15,000 nt of DNA from Myxococcota bacterium (GTDB lineage Bacteria; Myxococcota; JACRCW01), in the NCBI GenBank assembly GCA_040752415.1, contig JBFMGU010000259.1, positions 1 through 15,000 of the forward strand, in the 5' to 3' direction. Position 1 is the stretch's first letter. Each line of letters starts with the position of its first letter. Both the position numbers and the translations under genes were made by a program. Shown piece by piece: positions 11,943 through 15,000 of the stretch. Under the pieces are notes generated by a model that did not search any database, was not told the origin of the DNA, and saw nothing but the letters and a program-made list of their open reading frames with translations.

Positions 11943-14762
11943 CGGTCTCGGCGTCGACGGCGCGCCACCATCGGCCCCCGCCGTCGCCACACCGCTGTCC
12001 GCGCGAGCACCGCCGGCATCCCGTCGCGCTCCCGCATCCACGCGTCCCACGCCCGCGTCACGCAGCACGCCTGCGTCAAACCCGGCATCCGCGCCCTCCC
12101 CGCCCGCGTCCACCTCTTCCACTGCCGCGTCGGAGCCCGCGCCCGCGTCCCCCTCGTCCACCGCCGCGTCCGTCGTCACCCCCGCGTCCGGCGGCGGACA
12201 CCCCTCATCCACCTCGCCGTCACAGTCGTCGTCGTACCCGTTGCACCGCTCCGGGTGGTTCCCCGACTCGATGCACACCGTCCCCGCCCCGTTGGAGCGA
12301 CAGTACACCACGCCCTCCGCGCACAGGTCGCCGTCATCGCTGTCGCAGGCCTGGTTCAGCGTCGGGAAATCCTCGTCGGTCTCGCCGTCGCAGTCGTCAT
12401 CCAGCGCGTTGCACCGCTCCTGCAGCTCCGCCGCCTCCACACACGTGGCCGCGGTGCCATCCTCGGAACACACCACCGCGCCGTTGACACACAGGTCCTG
12501 GTCTGGCCCGTCGCAGGGCGTCCCCAGCGCCAGGCCTTCCCACAGGAAATCCTCGTCGGTGTCGCCGTCGCAGTCGTCGTCCATCCCGTTGCACAGCTCG
12601 CCAGCCTCCAACAGCTCCGCGCACACCAGCTCCAGCCCGTCGAGGGAGCAGCTCACCACGCCGTCAAAGCAGGTGTCCGGGTCGTCGCCCTCGCATGGCT
12701 CCCCCAGGCCCACGAAGTCCTCGTCGGTCACGCCGTCGCAGTCGTCATCCCGGCCGTTGCACAGCTCACCGTCCACGCAACCCGCGTCCACCACGGCACC
12801 CGCATCCACCACGCCCGCGTCGGGCATCACGCACCCGTCGTCAACCTGGCCATTGCAGTCGTCGTCGCGGCCGTTGCAGGTCTCGGCGGGCTGCACCACG
12901 TCGTTGCCGCACTCCACGCCGGTCCCGCTCGCGTCGCACACCCAGGCGCCCGCGGCACATTCGTCGGCATCATTTCCGTCGCACGCCGCGCCCAGCGTCG
13001 GGAAGTCCTCGTCGGTCTGCCCGTCGCAGTCGTCGTCCGCGCCGTTGCAGCTCTCCGTGTGGCTCACCGTCTCCACGCACTCGGTGGCCGCGCCGTCGCC
13101 GGTGCAGCGCATCACGCCGTCCTGGCACCGGTCCGCGTCCGGCCCGTCGCAGGTGGCGCCCAGGCCGGGGAAGCCCTCGTCGGTCTGCCCGTCGCAGTCG
13201 TCGTCCACGGTGTTGCACGCCTCCGCGTAGGAAGCCGTCTCGTTGACGCACTCCACGCCGCTCCCGTCCGCCTTGCAGGTCAGGGTGCCCAGGGCGCAGC
13301 GGTCCCCGTCCACGCCGTCGCACTGCGCGCCCAGCGTGGGGAACAACTCGTCGGTGAGCCCGTCGCAGTCGTCGTCGGCGGCGTTGCAGAGCTCCGTGTA
13401 CGACTCGGTCTCCGTGCACAGCGTGTAGGTCCCATCGCCGCTGCACTGGCGCACACCGGTGGCGCACTGGTCCGCGTCCGGCCCGTCGCATGCCGCGCCC
13501 ACGCCGGGGAATCCCTCGTCGGTGACGGTGTCGCAGTCATCATCCACGCCGTTGCACAGCTCCACGTGGCCGGTCCCGCTCTCCACGCACTCCGCCGACG
13601 TGGGCGAGGTGCACTGCACCGTTCCCTCCGTGCAGTAGTCCCCGTCGTTGCCGTCGCAGGACTGCCCCGGTGAGCGGCCGCCCGCGGTGAATCCCTCGTC
13701 GGTGGAGCCATCGCAGTCGTCGTCGCTGCCGTTGCACTGCTCGGTGAACGACACCGTTTCATTGCACACCGCCGCCGACCCGTCCGCGGCGCAGGCCACC
13801 GTGCCGTTGACGCACAAGTCAGTGTCATTCCCGTCGCAGGTCTGGCCGGGTGTCTTGCCGGCGTAGGTGAATCCCTCGTCGGTGGCGCCGTCGCAGTCGT
13901 CATCCACGCTGTTGCAGCGCTCGGTGTACGAGACGGTCTCATTGCACACCGCCGCGGTGCCCGCCCCGTTGCACGCCACCGTGCCGTTGACGCATTGGTC
14001 GGCGTCGTTTCCGTCGCAGGGTTGTCCCAGCGCCAGGCCGCCGAAGGTGTAGCCGGGGTCGGTGTTGCCGTCGCAGTTGTTGTCCAGTCCGTCGCAGATC
14101 TCCGTGCCGCCGGGACGGGCCGCGGCGTGCGCGTCGTCGCAGTCACCGCCACCGGAGGCCGGGTCCGCAACGCACGCGGTGGGGAAGTAGCCGTCGCCAT
14201 CCGCGTCGTCGCAGGGAAGCCGCTCCACGGTGACGGGGAAACCCCACGTGCCGGTGCCGTCGATCATCACCTGGGTCTTGTTGGACACGCCGGTGTTGGA
14301 GGCCCAGTAGATGCGCACCACGTTGTTCTCGCTGGCGCCGACGAGCGGCGGGCGCCAATTGAGCGTCCAGGTCACCTCGTGCGCGCCGTTGGCTACCGCC
14401 GAGGAACGACGCGACGTGTGGTGGCCCTCATTTCCGCTGACGGCGAGATTCGTCTCGCTGGCGGGCTTGGTGAACGTGCCACCGTTGCGCACGCCGGCCA
14501 GCGCCGCGTTGAAGCCGCCCTGGAAGCTGGTGGTGCGACGTCCGATGAAGCGCACCTGGTACACGTTGCTGGCGGAGTAGGGACCGGGGTCCATCTCCAC
14601 GCGCAGCTCGTAGGTGGGGTCGGGCCCGTTGTGACAGTACGAGCAGTACGTCCCGTCCTTGCCGCTGCGACCGGTGATCCCCGCCGAGCGCGCCTGCGCC
14701 GTGCCGACGTCCAGCAGGCAGACCCATGCCAACACCAGCAGGAGAGCTCCCGCCCGTCCCAT
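11844..14762 (-). CDS. MYXO-CTERM-anchored surface protein with N-terminal CxxCH domain (MXAN_6652-like/reeler-like) and MopE-related repeats, 972 aa
   Basis: AGAGG upstream of ATG 14762; signal peptide ending AQA; RSAGITGRSGKDGTYCSYCH followed by a beta-rich domain (W.LNW.PP); 12 ExCxxxDxxCxxxxD motifs; DAG-rich linker; tail PPGCQC-...-VLVLLLGLLLW-RRRERRQG. Confidence 0.87.
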   Translation of the reverse strand: MGRAGALLLVLAWVCLLDVGTAQARSAGITGRSGKDGTYCSYCHNGPDPTYELRVEMDPGPYSASNVYQVRFIGRRTTSFQGGFNAALAGVRNGGTFTKPASETNLAVSGNEGHHTSRRSSAVANGAHEVTWTLNWRPPLVGASENNVVRIYWASNTGVSNKTQVMIDGTGTWGFPVTVERLPCDDADGDGYFPTACVADPASGGGDCDDAHAAARPGGTEICDGLDNNCDGNTDPGYTFGGLALGQPCDGNDADQCVNGTVACNGAGTAAVCNETVSYTERCNSVDDDCDGATDEGFTYAGKTPGQTCDGNDTDLCVNGTVACAADGSAAVCNETVSFTEQCNGSDDDCDGSTDEGFTAGGRSPGQSCDGNDGDYCTEGTVQCTSPTSAECVESGTGHVELCNGVDDDCDTVTDEGFPGVGAACDGPDADQCATGVRQCSGDGTYTLCTETESYTELCNAADDDCDGLTDELFPTLGAQCDGVDGDRCALGTLTCKADGSGVECVNETASYAEACNTVDDDCDGQTDEGFPGLGATCDGPDADRCQDGVMRCTGDGAATECVETVSHTESCNGADDDCDGQTDEDFPTLGAACDGNDADECAAGAWVCDASGTGVECGNDVVQPAETCNGRDDDCNGQVDDGCVMPDAGVVDAGAVVDAGCVDGELCNGRDDDCDGVTDEDFVGLGEPCEGDDPDTCFDGVVSCSLDGLELVCAELLEAGELCNGMDDDCDGDTDEDFLWEGLALGTPCDGPDQDLCVNGAVVCSEDGTAATCVEAAELQERCNALDDDCDGETDEDFPTLNQACDSDDGDLCAEGVVYCRSNGAGTVCIESGNHPERCNGYDDDCDGEVDEGCPPPDAGVTTDAAVDEGDAGAGSDAAVEEVDAGGEGADAGFDAGVLRDAGVGRVDAGARRDAGGARADSGVATAGADGGAPSTPRPPGCQCATDGTRPPVLVLLLGLLLWRRRERRQG

Positions 14763-14891
14763 GTGCGACCTCTTTGTCCGCGGCCCCTTCGCGGAATTCC
14801 GAGCAGAGTGCCCCAGCCCCCGTGTGATGTCGACGACGGTGCCAGCCAACCAGGCTCCTACACCGTCGCCATGGCGCGGGCGTGGGCGGGA

Positions 14892-14989
14892 ATCCCCATC
14901 CCGGAAGATCGAGTATGGACCTTGATCCGCGGAGCCCACGCTCCTGGCTGTCGACGAGAAACCAGCCACTGGCCCTCCGGGATGGGGAT
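14892..14989. other. Intergenic inverted repeat enclosing three small hairpins (candidate structured RNA or small element)
   Basis: ATCCCCATCCCGGA (14892-14905) is the exact reverse complement of TCCGGGATGGGGAT (14976-14989). Internal stems at 14907-14927, 14931-14944 and 14945-14968. Confidence 0.5.
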
Positions 14990-15000
14990 GGGGAGGGGGA

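Noticed and set aside
11754..13673. Long antisense and alternate-frame ORFs (e.g. 11754-13673+, 7062-8969-, 3384-5090-, 4970-6370-, 9916-11490-)
   Set aside because: Expected shadows of high-GC codon bias. They overlap well-supported genes and have no recognisable motifs.
14776..14876. Additional short hairpins and palindromes (TCCGCG/CGCGGA, CGGAATTCCG, CGACGGTG/CACCGTCG, CGCCATGGCG)
   Set aside because: Individually short enough to arise by chance in very GC-rich DNA, so not reported separately.
14763..14969. 69-codon N-terminal extension of the minus-strand ORF given in the track
   Set aside because: ATG 14762 has an SD-like AGAGG and directly precedes a signal peptide; the extension is not protein-like.
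14892..14989. tRNA, hammerhead ribozyme or retron msr-msd identity for the right-edge structure
   Set aside because: No T-loop/D-loop consensus or CCA, no CUGANGA core and no long msd-like hairpin. No RT is visible, although sequence beyond 15000 is unseen.

Overview
GC-rich bacterial DNA, most likely Myxococcota (inferred from a MYXO-CTERM-type tail, MopE-like Cys/Asp repeats and DAG-rich linkers). The left ~3.6 kb holds ordinary small genes: a TesB-like thioesterase, a BCP/PrxQ peroxiredoxin, an exported MBL-fold hydrolase, a membrane protein and a small secreted protein. The remaining ~11 kb is a cluster of four large cell-surface proteins. Three lie on the + strand: an Ig-like/PKD/YfaP-like lipoprotein and two tandem paralogous Cys/Asp-repeat proteins. 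The fourth is a convergent MYXO-CTERM-anchored repeat protein with an N-terminal CxxCH domain. In the second paralog a Ser-rich linker replaces six stalk repeats, and the pair is a mosaic of near-identical and strongly diverged blocks. Both non-coding edges are structured. The left edge has tandem 17-bp palindromes, sigma54-like motifs and a hairpin with a T-rich tail. The right edge has a multi-branched structure closed by a perfect 14-bp inverted repeat, overlapping a G-quadruplex motif. No rRNA, tRNA, CRISPR array, transposase or reverse transcriptase was seen.
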